Shown piece by piece: positions 38,359 to 49,329 of a stretch of DNA of 64,000 bases. Position 1 is the first letter of the stretch. Every line of letters begins with the position of its first letter. The DNA lies in IMG/VR virus record IMGVR_UViG_3300027857_000017; one strand, written 5' to 3'. Below the pieces are notes generated by a model that ran no database searches, was not told where the DNA came from, and saw nothing but the letters and a program-made list of their open reading frames with translations. This stretch comes from a virus. A program made the position numbers and the translations under genes.

Positions 38359-38976
38359 ATGAACGACGAGGAAACCTTAGCACAGAGAAAAGCAGCAGAG
38401 CATCGCTGGTGGATGATGCAAAACATGAGACCGGCCTTTCAATGGCTTGGTGGTCACTGGACTTCTGAAGATCTACGAGGATCACGCTTCGAGAACTTTG
38501 ATGCAACCAGGCAGCAGACAGCGTACAATGCTGCACGGATGTTTGTTGAGATGCCACTGGGAACATTCATCCTCTATGGTCCATACGGAACAGGGAAAAC
38601 CCATTTGTTGGCCGCGATCTGTAATGCCCTGCTCGAAAGACATATTGCCTGCAGGTTCGCCACTGCTCCCAACCTGTTTGGTGCTATTGGCGGCTATGTC
38701 AACCACCGTGAGGATTACAGCACCCTGATCGCGCAAGCGATTGCAACTCCACTGCTGGTCATTGATGACGTAGACAAGGCGCGATGGTCAGAGTTCCGAG
38801 AGGAGATCTACTTTGACATTCTTGACGGACGAGCAAAACGGAAGTTGCCCACTGCTCTTTCGACGAACCGCCTTGAGGAGTTGGATACTTTTGTTGGCGG
38901 TGCCTGTCAATCCCGTCTGTCTATTGGGCAGATTGCCATTGAGATGAGCGGTAAGGACTATCGCCCAGAGTTGTAA
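38359..38976 (+). CDS. DnaC/IstB-like AAA+ helicase loader
   Basis: Walker A GPYGTGKTHL and Walker B LLVIDDVD. Confidence 0.75.
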   Translation: MNDEETLAQRKAAEHRWWMMQNMRPAFQWLGGHWTSEDLRGSRFENFDATRQQTAYNAARMFVEMPLGTFILYGPYGTGKTHLLAAICNALLERHIACRFATAPNLFGAIGGYVNHREDYSTLIAQAIATPLLVIDDVDKARWSEFREEIYFDILDGRAKRKLPTALSTNRLEELDTFVGGACQSRLSIGQIAIEMSGKDYRPEL

Positions 38977-38989
38977 AGGAGAAACACAC

Positions 38990-40405
38990 ATGGTTCAACA
39001 GGGGGAGCAGCGGAGACAGGCGCGAGCGGCAACAGAAAGGTTGCTTTCCAATATAGAGGCAGAGCAGGGTGTGCTGGCAGGGTTACTCAATAATCCAAAG
39101 GCATTGCGCAAGATTGCAGATCGCCTTCAACCAGACCACTTCTGGAATGAGGGGCATAGAATAGCCTATACGGCAATGCTTACCCTCCATCGAGAGGGCT
39201 ATCGCACGACGGTTGACAACCTTGTGGAGGAGCTTTCCAGGGTTGATGGATTGTCGCGGGTGTGCAATCCCCGCGACAATGAGACACAAGGGTGGTTCTA
39301 TCTGGTAGAACTGGAAAGCAGTCTGACGACACTTGATCCTCTCTACGAATATGTTGAGACCGTGATCAAAAAGTCCACGTTCCGCCAACTCTACTATGCC
39401 GCCGCTGAGATTGCTGCATTGGCCCAAAGGGAAGAAGGGGACGCCGTGAGCCAGTCCGTGAAGTTAATCAACGACATCGCGCTGGGGACAAGTCGGCACA
39501 GTGTCACTCCCTTTGGAGAGGCCATTGACGCCTATCTCGCGGATCTTCGCCAGCGAAAAGCCGATATGGACGAGGGGATTGCGCGTGGTATTCCAACCGG
39601 CTTTTCTGACCTGGATAAGATGATTGGTGGGTTACAGCCTGGTGATCTCATCGCGGTTGGTGCCTTGACCGGATACGGGAAAAGCTCATTTGCGCTCAAC
39701 ATCGCGCTCAACATCGCGCTTCATGCCAAACATGTGCTGTTCTTCAGTCTAGAAATGGGCGTCGGTGAAATTGTTCAGCGTGCCTTATCGGTCTATACCG
39801 CCCTGTGTCATACGGAGGTGAAGAACTCCAATCTGCGTGATGCCACTCTTTCAGAGGGCGAATTGCGCATGATCGAGCAATATGGGCAGGAACTGAAAGC
39901 GTGTTGTGATATCAAGTTGGATGATAGCGCCTTTACCATCGAGGAGATCCTGGCAAAGTCAAAAGAGGTCCACAGTAAAAAACCGCTCAATTTGATTGTC
40001 GTTGATTACGTGCAATTGATGGCAATGACGAACCGCAATAAAAATGGGAATCAGGCTCAGGATCTTGAGGAGATTAGTCAGGCATTAAAGCGTCTGACCC
40101 TAGAATTGCAGGTGACGGTGATGGCTCTGGTACAGCTCAACCGAAAAGTAGAGGAGAGGTCATCCCCTGAGCCGATGCTTGCAGATATCAATGCGTCAGG
40201 CGGCATTTCGCGGAGCGCTGATGCTGTCGTGTTTCTCTACCCTGATAAAGAGGCGATGGAGCAGCGAAATGCGGGTCAACCCTTTCCTATGTGGTTTAAG
40301 GTCGCCAAAGCACGTGATGGAGAAATGGGACAGGCACCACTACAATTCAGTCCTAGTACAGTGTCCTTTAGCGAGATAGGGACGCCCAATGGAGATGCTG
40401 AATAA
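38990..40405 (+). CDS. dnaB: replicative DNA helicase DnaB
   Basis: 471 aa; RecA-like core GALTGYGKSSFALNIA, IVVDYVQLM, and a DnaB-like N-terminal domain. Confidence 0.85.
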   Translation: MVQQGEQRRQARAATERLLSNIEAEQGVLAGLLNNPKALRKIADRLQPDHFWNEGHRIAYTAMLTLHREGYRTTVDNLVEELSRVDGLSRVCNPRDNETQGWFYLVELESSLTTLDPLYEYVETVIKKSTFRQLYYAAAEIAALAQREEGDAVSQSVKLINDIALGTSRHSVTPFGEAIDAYLADLRQRKADMDEGIARGIPTGFSDLDKMIGGLQPGDLIAVGALTGYGKSSFALNIALNIALHAKHVLFFSLEMGVGEIVQRALSVYTALCHTEVKNSNLRDATLSEGELRMIEQYGQELKACCDIKLDDSAFTIEEILAKSKEVHSKKPLNLIVVDYVQLMAMTNRNKNGNQAQDLEEISQALKRLTLELQVTVMALVQLNRKVEERSSPEPMLADINASGGISRSADAVVFLYPDKEAMEQRNAGQPFPMWFKVAKARDGEMGQAPLQFSPSTVSFSEIGTPNGDAE

Positions 40406-40742
40406 GGATGAAGAATACCGTTGTAGGCGATGTGGCAAGAATGAGCAGGAGAATGGGGGTGAACTCCACTCCCTGGCTGACTTGTATTGGTGTGAGGACC
40501 ATAGGCATCTTGGGGAGTTGCTGCTCTGGGCGGGAAACCATCAGTTTCCCGCCATCAAGATTGTGGGCATTGACCAGAACTACGCTATAGGGGCACCGAA
40601 TGGACCTGACAATGCGTACCTTTGGGAGAGAGGTGTATTCCAGGGAAGCGAGGATATGGTCTGGTCTACCCTTTCAACGGTGATGTCTTTGAGCGAAAAT
40701 AAGGATGAAGAGTCAGCGTAATGTCTAGACGTAATCAAGAAC

Positions 40743-41519
40743 ATGAATACAAGGAAGGATAGACACATGGAGAATCAACCACTGATGAGACTACGAACGA
40801 TGCCCTATGAGGAGTATCTGCAAACGCCAGAATGGATAGAGAAGCGAGAGCAGACATTAGAGCGAGATGGGCACCGCTGCCGCGTTTGTAATAGCCGTGA
40901 AAAACTGCATGTCCACCATCGTACCTATGCTCGACGCGGAAACGAAGATCTCAATGACCTCACCACCCTATGTGAGACCTGCCATGAAGAGTTTCATCAG
41001 AGAATAAGCCAGGCCGAGGTCATCGCAAGAACCGCAGGGAATTTGACGCCTCGTGTGCCCAAAGAAGTGGTGGACCAAAGGTGGGAAGACCATTTGATCG
41101 GGATTTTAATACAGCACCCGAATGTACGCCCGCACGTGGTTGGCATTGTGTATGAACATGACTTTGCTGGGACGGAGACACGTGCGTTGTACCACTTACT
41201 CCTTTCCCTCTCTGGGTCAGACCAGACCTTTGAACAAGTGATACCCCAATCACTCCTCCCTGCCTTCCAGAGAGCCATCCAAGCCATCCAGAAGGGCGCA
41301 CTCAGTGACGAGAGCGCGCTGATAAAAGAAGCCATGCAAGTGATTATTCATTTGAGACGCCAATACCTCTACCGCTTAAACTTGGACCTCAAAACCCATA
41401 TGCAAGAGTCTGCCACATCTGGTGACCATGCTGCTTTAAAACAAGCCCAGCAGCAAGTACAAGAGATTCGCCAACAACTGCGGGTACTAAACTCTACTAG
41501 AAGCAGATCGCGTGGATGA
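40743..41519 (+). CDS. HNH endonuclease domain protein
   Basis: CRVCNS..LHVHHRTYARRGNEDLNDLTTLCETCHEEFH is the HNH motif. Confidence 0.55.
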   Translation: MNTRKDRHMENQPLMRLRTMPYEEYLQTPEWIEKREQTLERDGHRCRVCNSREKLHVHHRTYARRGNEDLNDLTTLCETCHEEFHQRISQAEVIARTAGNLTPRVPKEVVDQRWEDHLIGILIQHPNVRPHVVGIVYEHDFAGTETRALYHLLLSLSGSDQTFEQVIPQSLLPAFQRAIQAIQKGALSDESALIKEAMQVIIHLRRQYLYRLNLDLKTHMQESATSGDHAALKQAQQQVQEIRQQLRVLNSTRSRSRG

Positions 41520-42106
41520 ATAACGAGATAAGGAGGATCTCTCATATGACAACAGAGTGGTATACCCAACCCCAATACATCGAAGCGGCACGGCGTGTGA
41601 TGGGACATATCGACTTGGACCCGGCCTCCTGCGCGGCAGCAAACCTGATTGTGCGTGCATCCAGGTACTATACCAAAGAGGACAATGGACTGACGCAGTC
41701 GTGGCAATCTGAAAGTGTATGGCTCAATCCACCGTACGGCAAGATCAACGGGCGGAGACTCACAGGGTTCTTCATTTCCAAACTGGTAGAGGAGTACCAG
41801 GCAGGTCATGTCGAGCAGGCAATCCTGCTGACCATGACCGATACGTCAACGAAGTGGTTTCAACTGATTAGAGACTACCCAATATGCTTTGTGAACCACA
41901 AGGTTCACTTTTACACCACTCGACCACTGAAGTCCAATCCAACTGCCTCGCATAAGTATGGTGTGCTTTTCGTGTATCTTGGACCATATGAGGATCGCTT
42001 TATTCAGGAGTTCAGTAGGTTTGGCGATATCTGGCGAAGGATCAGTGCAGACCAGAGAGCGTGTCAACCGTGTTTGTGGGTAGTGGGAAGTGAGGCAGTA
42101 TCATGA
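41516..42106 (+). CDS. phage-type DNA N6-adenine methyltransferase (Dam-like)
   Basis: IDLDPAS ... NPPYG motifs of the phage N-6-adenine methyltransferase family. Confidence 0.7.
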   Translation: MNNEIRRISHMTTEWYTQPQYIEAARRVMGHIDLDPASCAAANLIVRASRYYTKEDNGLTQSWQSESVWLNPPYGKINGRRLTGFFISKLVEEYQAGHVEQAILLTMTDTSTKWFQLIRDYPICFVNHKVHFYTTRPLKSNPTASHKYGVLFVYLGPYEDRFIQEFSRFGDIWRRISADQRACQPCLWVVGSEAVS

Positions 42107-42630
42107 CTACAGCAACCAGACACGTCATCCCAGTCTCAGGGAAAGATAGTCTCGCAACTGCTATCATCCAGATGAGAAGAGAACCTGACTTGCCTTACGA
42201 ATTGCTCTATAATCCAACAGGAATGGAATTGCCTGAGGTCGAGGCGTGGCTTGCTCTTGTAGAGCAGTACCTGGGTAAGCCGATTGTGCGTGTTGGCGAT
42301 GACCTTGGTGAGATTATCCGAGAACAACAGATCTTGCCTGCACATAAGCAGCGTTTTTGCACCAGGCTCGCCAAGATCATCCCGATGGAGGAATGGTTAG
42401 GAACAGACCCTGCAAGAGTCTATTATGGCATTCGTGCTGACGAGCAGAGGGTGGGCTATCAATCTATGAGCGGACACAACATCACGCCAGTCTACCCGCT
42501 CAAAGAAGAAGGGTATACGCTTCCAATGGTGTGGCAATTGGTGATGGACCTGGACCTCTTGCCACCACAATTCTTCTGGCAGTCCCTGTATGAGATGGTC
42601 GTGAAAAGGTTGGGCATAGCCCGTGAGTAA
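42103..42630 (+). CDS. PAPS reductase-like (ATP-PPase fold) protein, N-terminal segment
   Basis: PVSGKDS PP-loop motif and PAPS_reduct-like core; terminates at a TAA located in a hairpin loop (see findings). Confidence 0.6.
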   Translation: MTTATRHVIPVSGKDSLATAIIQMRREPDLPYELLYNPTGMELPEVEAWLALVEQYLGKPIVRVGDDLGEIIREQQILPAHKQRFCTRLAKIIPMEEWLGTDPARVYYGIRADEQRVGYQSMSGHNITPVYPLKEEGYTLPMVWQLVMDLDLLPPQFFWQSLYEMVVKRLGIARE

Positions 42631-42646
42631 CTCACGGGCTATGCCC
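42612..42646. repeat. perfect 35-bp palindrome (16-bp arms) with the in-frame TAA as its 3-nt centre
   Basis: GGGCATAGCCCGTGAG-TAA-CTCACGGGCTATGCCC. Confidence 0.8.
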
Positions 42647-42660
42647 CCTGGCAGTTCAAC

Positions 42661-43017
42661 ATGCTTTTTGCATGGCGTACCCGCCCAAATTGTCATATGT
42701 GCTTTTATCAGAGATTGTACGAATTGGTAGGGTTGTTAGAATATCATCCAGATCTCTTCTGGCAAGATGTAGCGCTAGAGGAGGAGATAGGGATGGCAGA
42801 TAAGCGAGTGAAGATGTTCAGCCTCAAGCGGGACTGGCCGCTACGCAAGATTGCGGAACACGCGGAAATCATTAAACGAAAACGATGTAGCGCGATCTGC
42901 AAAACGATCATTAAGCAAGCGAAGATAGAATTGAACTTTGATTTTGAGGATGAGGAACTGGATGATGAGCCAGATATGCTGCAGGTGGTCCCGTGTGGAT
43001 TATTCTGTGGAAAGTGA
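42661..43017 (+). CDS. C-terminal segment in the same frame as 42103-42630
   Basis: Same reading frame as the upstream ORF; only one stop codon (TAA 42628-42630) separates them. Confidence 0.4.
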   Translation: MLFAWRTRPNCHMCFYQRLYELVGLLEYHPDLFWQDVALEEEIGMADKRVKMFSLKRDWPLRKIAEHAEIIKRKRCSAICKTIIKQAKIELNFDFEDEELDDEPDMLQVVPCGLFCGK

Positions 43018-43513
43018 GAGGTCATAATGGGTAGTCTAACAATGAAGGATGTAGAGGCGTTCATGAAGCGTACAGGTCAGGTTTTGCCACCCACTCCCAT
43101 TGCTCCATCCAAGAAGAGGGTGAAGCGTGAGCATCCACTGGTGGCACGTCTCAACGCTCTCCTGGCACCCTATGGTTGGCAGTGTGACCTCTATCGCTGG
43201 CCCTGTGAGGATGAGCGATCACCGCGAAACACTGCTGCCACCTGTGCCACCATGAATGCCATTGTGGCATGGCGGGTAGGACAGATACGGCATGTGGGAT
43301 GGTTGTGGGAGATTGAGGCAATGAGTGATGAGGCTATTGTGGCTCAGGTAGTTGGCAAGAGAGAGGTTGCGTGATGTTTTGTGTTTGCCAATCCATTCAC
43401 AGTATGAAGAGTGGAGGATGAGAGATGGATAAGTTGGTTAATGGTGCCCTCTGGCTTCTGGCAAGCTCCATTGCGCTCCTGACTTGGCTGTTCATCATTG
43501 CTGATATTCTCAT

Positions 43514-44209
43514 ATGGCTGGAATGGAGAGACGAAGAAAGGCGGACAAGGCGATGAAACCGATGGTACTTGATGTATATTGTGGTGCCGGTGGCTGTACA
43601 AAGGGATATCAACGTGCTGGCTTTTATGTGGTAGGAGTCGATATCCACCCGCAGATTCATTATTGTGGGGATGAGTTCATTCAGGATGATGCACTTCATT
43701 TTCTTGATACTGCTGACCTTTCTCGTTTTGCCGTGTTTCATGCGAGTCCACCTTGTCAGCATTTTACTCATATGCTTAATCATGGGATGACAGATAGAGG
43801 GAAGCATCCTGACCTTATCGATGCAACACGCCAACGTTTCAATGCTACAAGGAAACCCTATGTGCTTGAGAATGTTCCAGGCGCTCGCAGAAAACTGGTT
43901 CATCCCCTTCTTCTTTGCGGGAATATGTTTGGTTTACGTGTCTATCGGCATCGCCTCTTCGAGATATCATCTAAAACGTTTGTATTCGGGCATCCTCACG
44001 TAAAGCATCGAGAAAAAATAGTCCATGCAGGTATCGCACCACGGCAGAATGAGTTTTACTGTCCTGTAGGACATTTGGCGGATCAGGCTGGTTCCCAAAG
44101 AGCTATGGGCATTGATTGGATGCAAGGTCAATATGAGATAGCACAAGCTATTCCTCCTGCTTATACTGAGTGGATAGGTCGCCAACTGTTTCGAGAGGTA
44201 CAAGGATGA
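43514..44209 (+). CDS. short DNA (cytosine-5)-methyltransferase
   Basis: Motif I LDVYCGAGGCTKG, motif IV PPCQ, motif VI ENV; about 230 aa, a compact phage-type Dcm. Confidence 0.65.
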   Translation: MAGMERRRKADKAMKPMVLDVYCGAGGCTKGYQRAGFYVVGVDIHPQIHYCGDEFIQDDALHFLDTADLSRFAVFHASPPCQHFTHMLNHGMTDRGKHPDLIDATRQRFNATRKPYVLENVPGARRKLVHPLLLCGNMFGLRVYRHRLFEISSKTFVFGHPHVKHREKIVHAGIAPRQNEFYCPVGHLADQAGSQRAMGIDWMQGQYEIAQAIPPAYTEWIGRQLFREVQG

Positions 44210-44496
44210 AACCACGACGACATGATGGCAATGTCATTGACCTCTTCACGCCAGAACCAGCCCAGCCTCCCGTCTATGGCACCTGTTGCCGATGTAAGAA
44301 GCAGCCCGCTACGGTCAAGTCTCCCAGTGGCAAAGAGCAGGAGATCTATTGTGCTCCCTGCAGCAAGAGCAAGCGATGCGTCCACACTATCTTGGATTTC
44401 GTCTATAGTGAGCAGAATAGAGGATGGGTTGATCCCTGTGTGGTGGCAAACGATCATCGACATGAGATGACACAACAGAGGTTGATGGAGGGCTAG
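44206..44496 (+). CDS. zinc-ribbon hypothetical protein
   Basis: CCRCKKQ...CAPCSKSKRC; start taken at MKPRRHDG after AAGGATG. Confidence 0.35.
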   Translation: MKPRRHDGNVIDLFTPEPAQPPVYGTCCRCKKQPATVKSPSGKEQEIYCAPCSKSKRCVHTILDFVYSEQNRGWVDPCVVANDHRHEMTQQRLMEG

Positions 44497-45687
44497 ATGG
44501 TGAAAAGTGAAAAGATCGATGATATCAGAGAAGATGTTCACCAAGCGATACTCAATGAGCGCGAATGCCAGGGATATCAGGTCTCCGTTGATCTAGTGCG
44601 TCCTGTCCACACGGTCCTGGGCGTACACCTTCCAAAGACGTTGGAGGTGGCGTATATTGCCACGACTGTCTGTACGAGAGAACATGGCGATGAAAAAGCC
44701 TGTGCATGGTGTGACTATGCCTTTTTCCTCAATGGCAAGTGGCGGGTCATGTTGGAAAATGACCTTCGTGGTGGGAGTGGTTCAGTGGAAGAGAATGTCA
44801 AACAGATTCTGAGAAAACTTAGTCAAGAACAGGTGGAAGGGTGAGCGAGTGGCTGTGATAGCAGTTAGTCAGCGTGCAACAACGTTCGTCAAACCTGTAC
44901 AATACCTTCCAGATCGTCCCTGCCAGGTTCAGGGATGTCAGGCGCAAGGGATGCTTCACCTGACAGGCAATATGTGTTTTTGTTGCCAGCACTGGAGAAG
45001 GTATCTCGTAGTACGCCTGGCAGAATATCTCTTCCTGTTGCCATCCTATCTCTATCGCGTCCAGATGCGTAAGAGAGGCTCCGATGAGGTGATGCTGTGT
45101 CGTTGGAGGCAATGGGCATGTGATGCGTGTGAGAGCGATGTGGCGTTGTTGCTGGTGGCGTATAGTGGGATGCTCACCACGGGCAATGTGGTGGCGTTGG
45201 TCGATGAGATAGATAGACGTGATATAGAAGAGGTTGTACAGGAGGTACTACGATGACTAGTGAAGAAGAAGTTGAGACGCCGTTTTCGTATACACCGAGA
45301 GGGTCCATTGGCTGCGTGACGTTAGGGACGCTCAATGCAGATCCTCCTAATGATGGAGGTCACTGTTACCCTCATCTGAGCATAAGCCAGTTGTCAGAGT
45401 TGCGTATCCAGGTGCCGGATGGTCCCGTTGTGCCTGTGAGCAAAGCCAGTGATGAGCAGTTTTTGGCCTATATCGAGGGATTGTTGGAGGAGCACGTGAG
45501 AAGCGGTATGCGCGAGCGGGTCAGGATGCAGGTCATGGATGGAATTGCGCCAAGTGAGCCACTAGATGAGGTGGCACGATTTTATATCTTGGACAATCTT
45601 TCGTCTATTAAGTATGTAAGATCAAAATTGTTCATTGTGTGAACGAAGTGAGAGGACTGTTTGGCTGGCAGCCCTCTCTCAGTCTTG

Positions 45688-45981
45688 TCACATGTCGTTG
45701 TCTTCTTCCTCGTCCTCATCATCCCAATCGTCCTGCTCATCTTCTTCGTGCATCTGAAGATCGCCATAGTCAGCACAGAGTTTGAGCACTTCTCCATAGC
45801 TATGGCTGGACATGGCGCGGCTGGTGAACTCTTTTGCAACATCAACATGACCCGCCCGTTTGAGTGCTGTTGAAACCTGGGACATCAGTGCAAAGGCGTT
45901 GCCATCCCGACCGAAGTCAGGGACGATAGGTTTCTTAAAGTTTTCTTTTGTGTCAACTAACCAATTGGTCTGTATTGTCAT
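45688..45981 (-). CDS. hypothetical protein with a poly-acidic tail
   Basis: 97-aa ORF ending in a D/E-rich tail. Confidence 0.35.
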   Translation of the reverse strand: MTIQTNWLVDTKENFKKPIVPDFGRDGNAFALMSQVSTALKRAGHVDVAKEFTSRAMSSHSYGEVLKLCADYGDLQMHEEDEQDDWDDEDEEEDNDM

Positions 45982-46011
45982 TGTCTGCTTGCTCCTTCTC
46001 TATCGGTTTAA

Positions 46012-46518
46012 TTAGTAGTTGTAGATCCCTGCATGTTCGCAGTTTTCTAGAGACCATCTCACCCACCATTCTAGCCAGACTCGTCTGGCTAGAATGGCAT
46101 CATAGCCAACATCTGGCTCCTCTCTTTCCCAAGAGAACTTCTCAAAGCCAGGAGTAGCATCGGGATGAGATGATCGCCAAGTATCGAGTGCGGTATGAAT
46201 GATGACCCAGTGTTCCCGTGTGAGTTGAGCGTGTCCAGGGTGCTCACGCATCAACCCATCGAAGTCATCGAAGAAGAGCCCATACAATCCCGTGTCCCTA
46301 CAAAATTCACCCCATGCGCTATAGGCGGGATGCCGACCATTGCTGTTCCCGGTCATCTCATCATTCGGGAATGTCGGTGCATCTGGTCGCCTTATCTCTT
46401 CAATGATTGGCTCAAAGTACTGGAGAGATCCATTCATGATGCGGGTATAGTCGGTGGTGTACTCATTGTCCTCTACGGGGCGCATCTTCGTGTTGCCAAT
46501 GTATATGCTATAACTCAC
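46012..46518 (-). CDS. hypothetical protein
   Basis: 168-aa ORF coupled to 46521-46961. Confidence 0.4.
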   Translation of the reverse strand: MSYSIYIGNTKMRPVEDNEYTTDYTRIMNGSLQYFEPIIEEIRRPDAPTFPNDEMTGNSNGRHPAYSAWGEFCRDTGLYGLFFDDFDGLMREHPGHAQLTREHWVIIHTALDTWRSSHPDATPGFEKFSWEREEPDVGYDAILARRVWLEWWVRWSLENCEHAGIYNY

Positions 46519-46520
46519 GG

Positions 46521-46961
46521 TTATTTTATCTCCATTTCGCTCACTACCCCATTATGGATACTCAGACGATAGATGCTATCACCCCCTTCCCAGACAACCA
46601 TTGCCTCTAAATTGCCATTGAATGCGCGAAACAGCGGGAGGAGGATATCGCTATAGAGATGTCCAGATCCTTCCCCACGCCAATCAATATCTGTCACGAG
46701 CAGTTCATTGTTTTCTATGGTCCCTGAGAGACTCTGGGTGGTAAAGTCCAACTCCCAGGTCTTTTGTGCAAGGTTTGCGTTAACGGCAGTGGGAGAACGG
46801 TCTTCTAAGCACCAACGCTTTCCCACGTTTTCATATCCACGTTGATCACGATCTGGCAGCGTGCGAACCCACTCCATAAAATCAAACGTGAGTGGCAGGT
46901 TTAGGCTGATTGATGATTGTTTGAATGCGGTGATGTTATAACTCATAGAAACTCCTTGCAA
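46521..46961 (-). CDS. intact member of the MSYNIT...GYENVGKRWC...GSGHLYSDILLPLF family (unknown function)
   Basis: 146 aa; paralog of the frameshifted copy at 28374-28801. Confidence 0.45.
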   Translation of the reverse strand: MQGVSMSYNITAFKQSSISLNLPLTFDFMEWVRTLPDRDQRGYENVGKRWCLEDRSPTAVNANLAQKTWELDFTTQSLSGTIENNELLVTDIDWRGEGSGHLYSDILLPLFRAFNGNLEAMVVWEGGDSIYRLSIHNGVVSEMEIK

Positions 46962-47109
46962 GAGAACTATTCCTGCTTACATAAGTAAGTATACTTGATA
47001 AATTCGTGAATGTCAAGGATATTATGGTGAAAATAGATAATATGGAAATATTGACAATTCAAGATAGATATGATATGCTCTCTGTAAGAACTTTGAAAGG
47101 CAGTTACCC

Positions 47110-47391
47110 TTGATTAAAATCACTGAACTGCGTATGACATCAGACCTTCCCATGAAGGAGTTTGCCAAGACCATAGGGCTATCACCTTCTACGCTTGCCC
47201 GTATTGAGGCAGCGGAACGCGATGGAAGGAAACATCCGGTATCGTATCGTGTCCTGTTTCATCTTCAGAAGGCGCTTAGTAAGAAGATGAAACGAGAGGT
47301 CACGTTAGAAGATCTGGAAGGTGTGATGATTGCGCCGCCACGTCCAGGTCGACCAAAGGGATTGAAGACAAAGAAAGAAGAGGAACTATGA
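47110..47391 (+). CDS. XRE-family HTH regulator (Cro/CI-like)
   Basis: MKEFAKTIGLSPSTLARIEAAER HTH; TTG start; AT-rich promoter region upstream. Confidence 0.55.
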   Translation: MIKITELRMTSDLPMKEFAKTIGLSPSTLARIEAAERDGRKHPVSYRVLFHLQKALSKKMKREVTLEDLEGVMIAPPRPGRPKGLKTKKEEEL

Positions 47392-48787
47392 GCTATCTCT
47401 ATCATGTCAATCAAGACCAATCGGGCTACTACGTAGAACGCCTCTATGTAGATCGGTGGTTGCCAGTCATGCCCCATAATTTTCGGCATGATGTGGTAGA
47501 GACTGCCATTGATGCCATTATGGAACTGACGGCAGATGATGAGAACCCACCATCACGTGCTGATATCCAGGTTGTACAGAAAAGTGAGGCATCATCATGA
47601 GTCCACTTGCATGGCGTATCCTGGCACTGTTTATCGCTCATGTCGAGCGGGTCTACAAAGGCGAGTTTGGACATGGCTACATCGCCTCCTGGACACTGGG
47701 CAAGATGCTCGGTGGTGACGCCTCAACCATCAATGGCGCTGATGTCAAGATACACCCGCAGAACGAGTATCAGCAAGCCTTGCGTGAGTTGGTTGATCTG
47801 GGAATTGTACGAGAGAAACCAGACCTGCCAGAACGGTTTGAGTTGGTGGTAAAGGAGGTGAGCCATAAGTAATCCGCTCTATTGGCAAACCCTGCCTCAA
47901 GGGGTTACCCTCTATACCGATGAACGCAACACCTACATCAAAGTGAACGGTGCCCATATCATGACTGAGGCAACGGGCAAGCGCAAAAGTTTTCGTGGGA
48001 CAGATGAATCTGCGCAGATCCGGGCTAAGAAATGGGTCTGGCAGTACCTCGATGGGCAACATCGTGAGTATAGATTGGAGAGGGAGGGCGAGCATGCTTG
48101 GTGAGTAGATATCTCTGGACGAACGAGAGCAGCCAACCTTGCAGGACTTGAGGAAGCGGAAGTTTAAGACCATCAAAGCCTTTGCTGCAGCCTGTGGCTT
48201 TTCGAGCAGCAAAGCATCGATGCTTTTGCAGGGTCGCTATCACATGACGCTCTCACGCAAGGAGGTACAGCAGTTCTCCAACGTGTTTGGAGTGACTTTC
48301 GATGAGTGCGTATCAGCCGCGAATGGTTCATGGGATGAATGGTGCTTGAAAGAGAAGCGGCACGGTCCATCAAAAGACTATTGGGACTTGCGTACACGGT
48401 GGACAAGGGAAGACCAATGGGAGGAGGAAGTTCGGCAGTGGAAAGCACGAGGAGGCAAGGACAGAATACTCTTTGCGCTGGAGTCCTGTCCAGCATTTGT
48501 TTCCTTTGGACTCCCTCCCACAGCCACAAAAGAGGATGTGATGCGAGCATTCCGTGAAAAAGTCAAAGCGATGGCTGATGGACAAGGTGGTTTTATAGGA
48601 GACATGGATGCGCTGGTGCAAGCCAAAGAGAAGGCACTCGCGTTTATCACCTCAACAATAAGTAGTGTTTAGCGTCTGGGAGGTTTCGTAGACCTCCCAG
48701 ACGACCAGGCAGAAAGGACGTTACCCTCAATGTCGGCAGTATGTAGTATAACGCATGGATCTTTGGTCATCTCAACTGAGGTGACTC

Positions 48788-49234
48788 ATGGCTGAAAAAT
48801 ATCTCTACTATACCCTCTCTGACCTGTTACCTCCTGGGAGTCATCTAGCGGTCAACACGGGCGTTGGAATGTCTCGTGGTGGAATACTTACAGTGATCAC
48901 TGAGGATGGCAAGATTACGGGGCAAGAGAGCGTGACTGATCAGGAACTTTCCCTGCTCCTGGCTCTCCTCGAAGACTATCCCTACCATTGCCCGTATGAG
49001 CATTTGCTCGCGGCTATGTGGAATGAAAACGTTGATGTGGTACGCACCAGGCTCAATCGGGCTGCAGATCATGGAACCTGGGATCTGGAGATTCGCTCTA
49101 TTCGTAACACCATGAATCGCCTGCGCAAGAAAACGAACTTGCTTGGGATTGATCATGTCGCCATCATCGAAACTGGCTACATGTTAGTCAAATTGGGAGA
49201 GGGACGCTTGAGTCTTGGGCACGCACGACGCTAA
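48788..49234 (+). CDS. hypothetical protein
   Basis: 148-aa ORF. Confidence 0.35.
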   Translation: MAEKYLYYTLSDLLPPGSHLAVNTGVGMSRGGILTVITEDGKITGQESVTDQELSLLLALLEDYPYHCPYEHLLAAMWNENVDVVRTRLNRAADHGTWDLEIRSIRNTMNRLRKKTNLLGIDHVAIIETGYMLVKLGEGRLSLGHARR

Positions 49235-49329
49235 AGGCGTGGATGTGGAAGCCACCATGGTCTCTTGTGCTATGCTATGCTTCCAGCATGCCCTGTCCAC
49301 TCTCGAACAGTGCGGGCAGATAAAAATGA

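Noticed and set aside
47745-48212. 155-aa minus-strand ORF
   Set aside because: Antisense to a run of co-directional plus-strand genes (47597-47872, 48139-48672); no ribosome-binding site; likely spurious.
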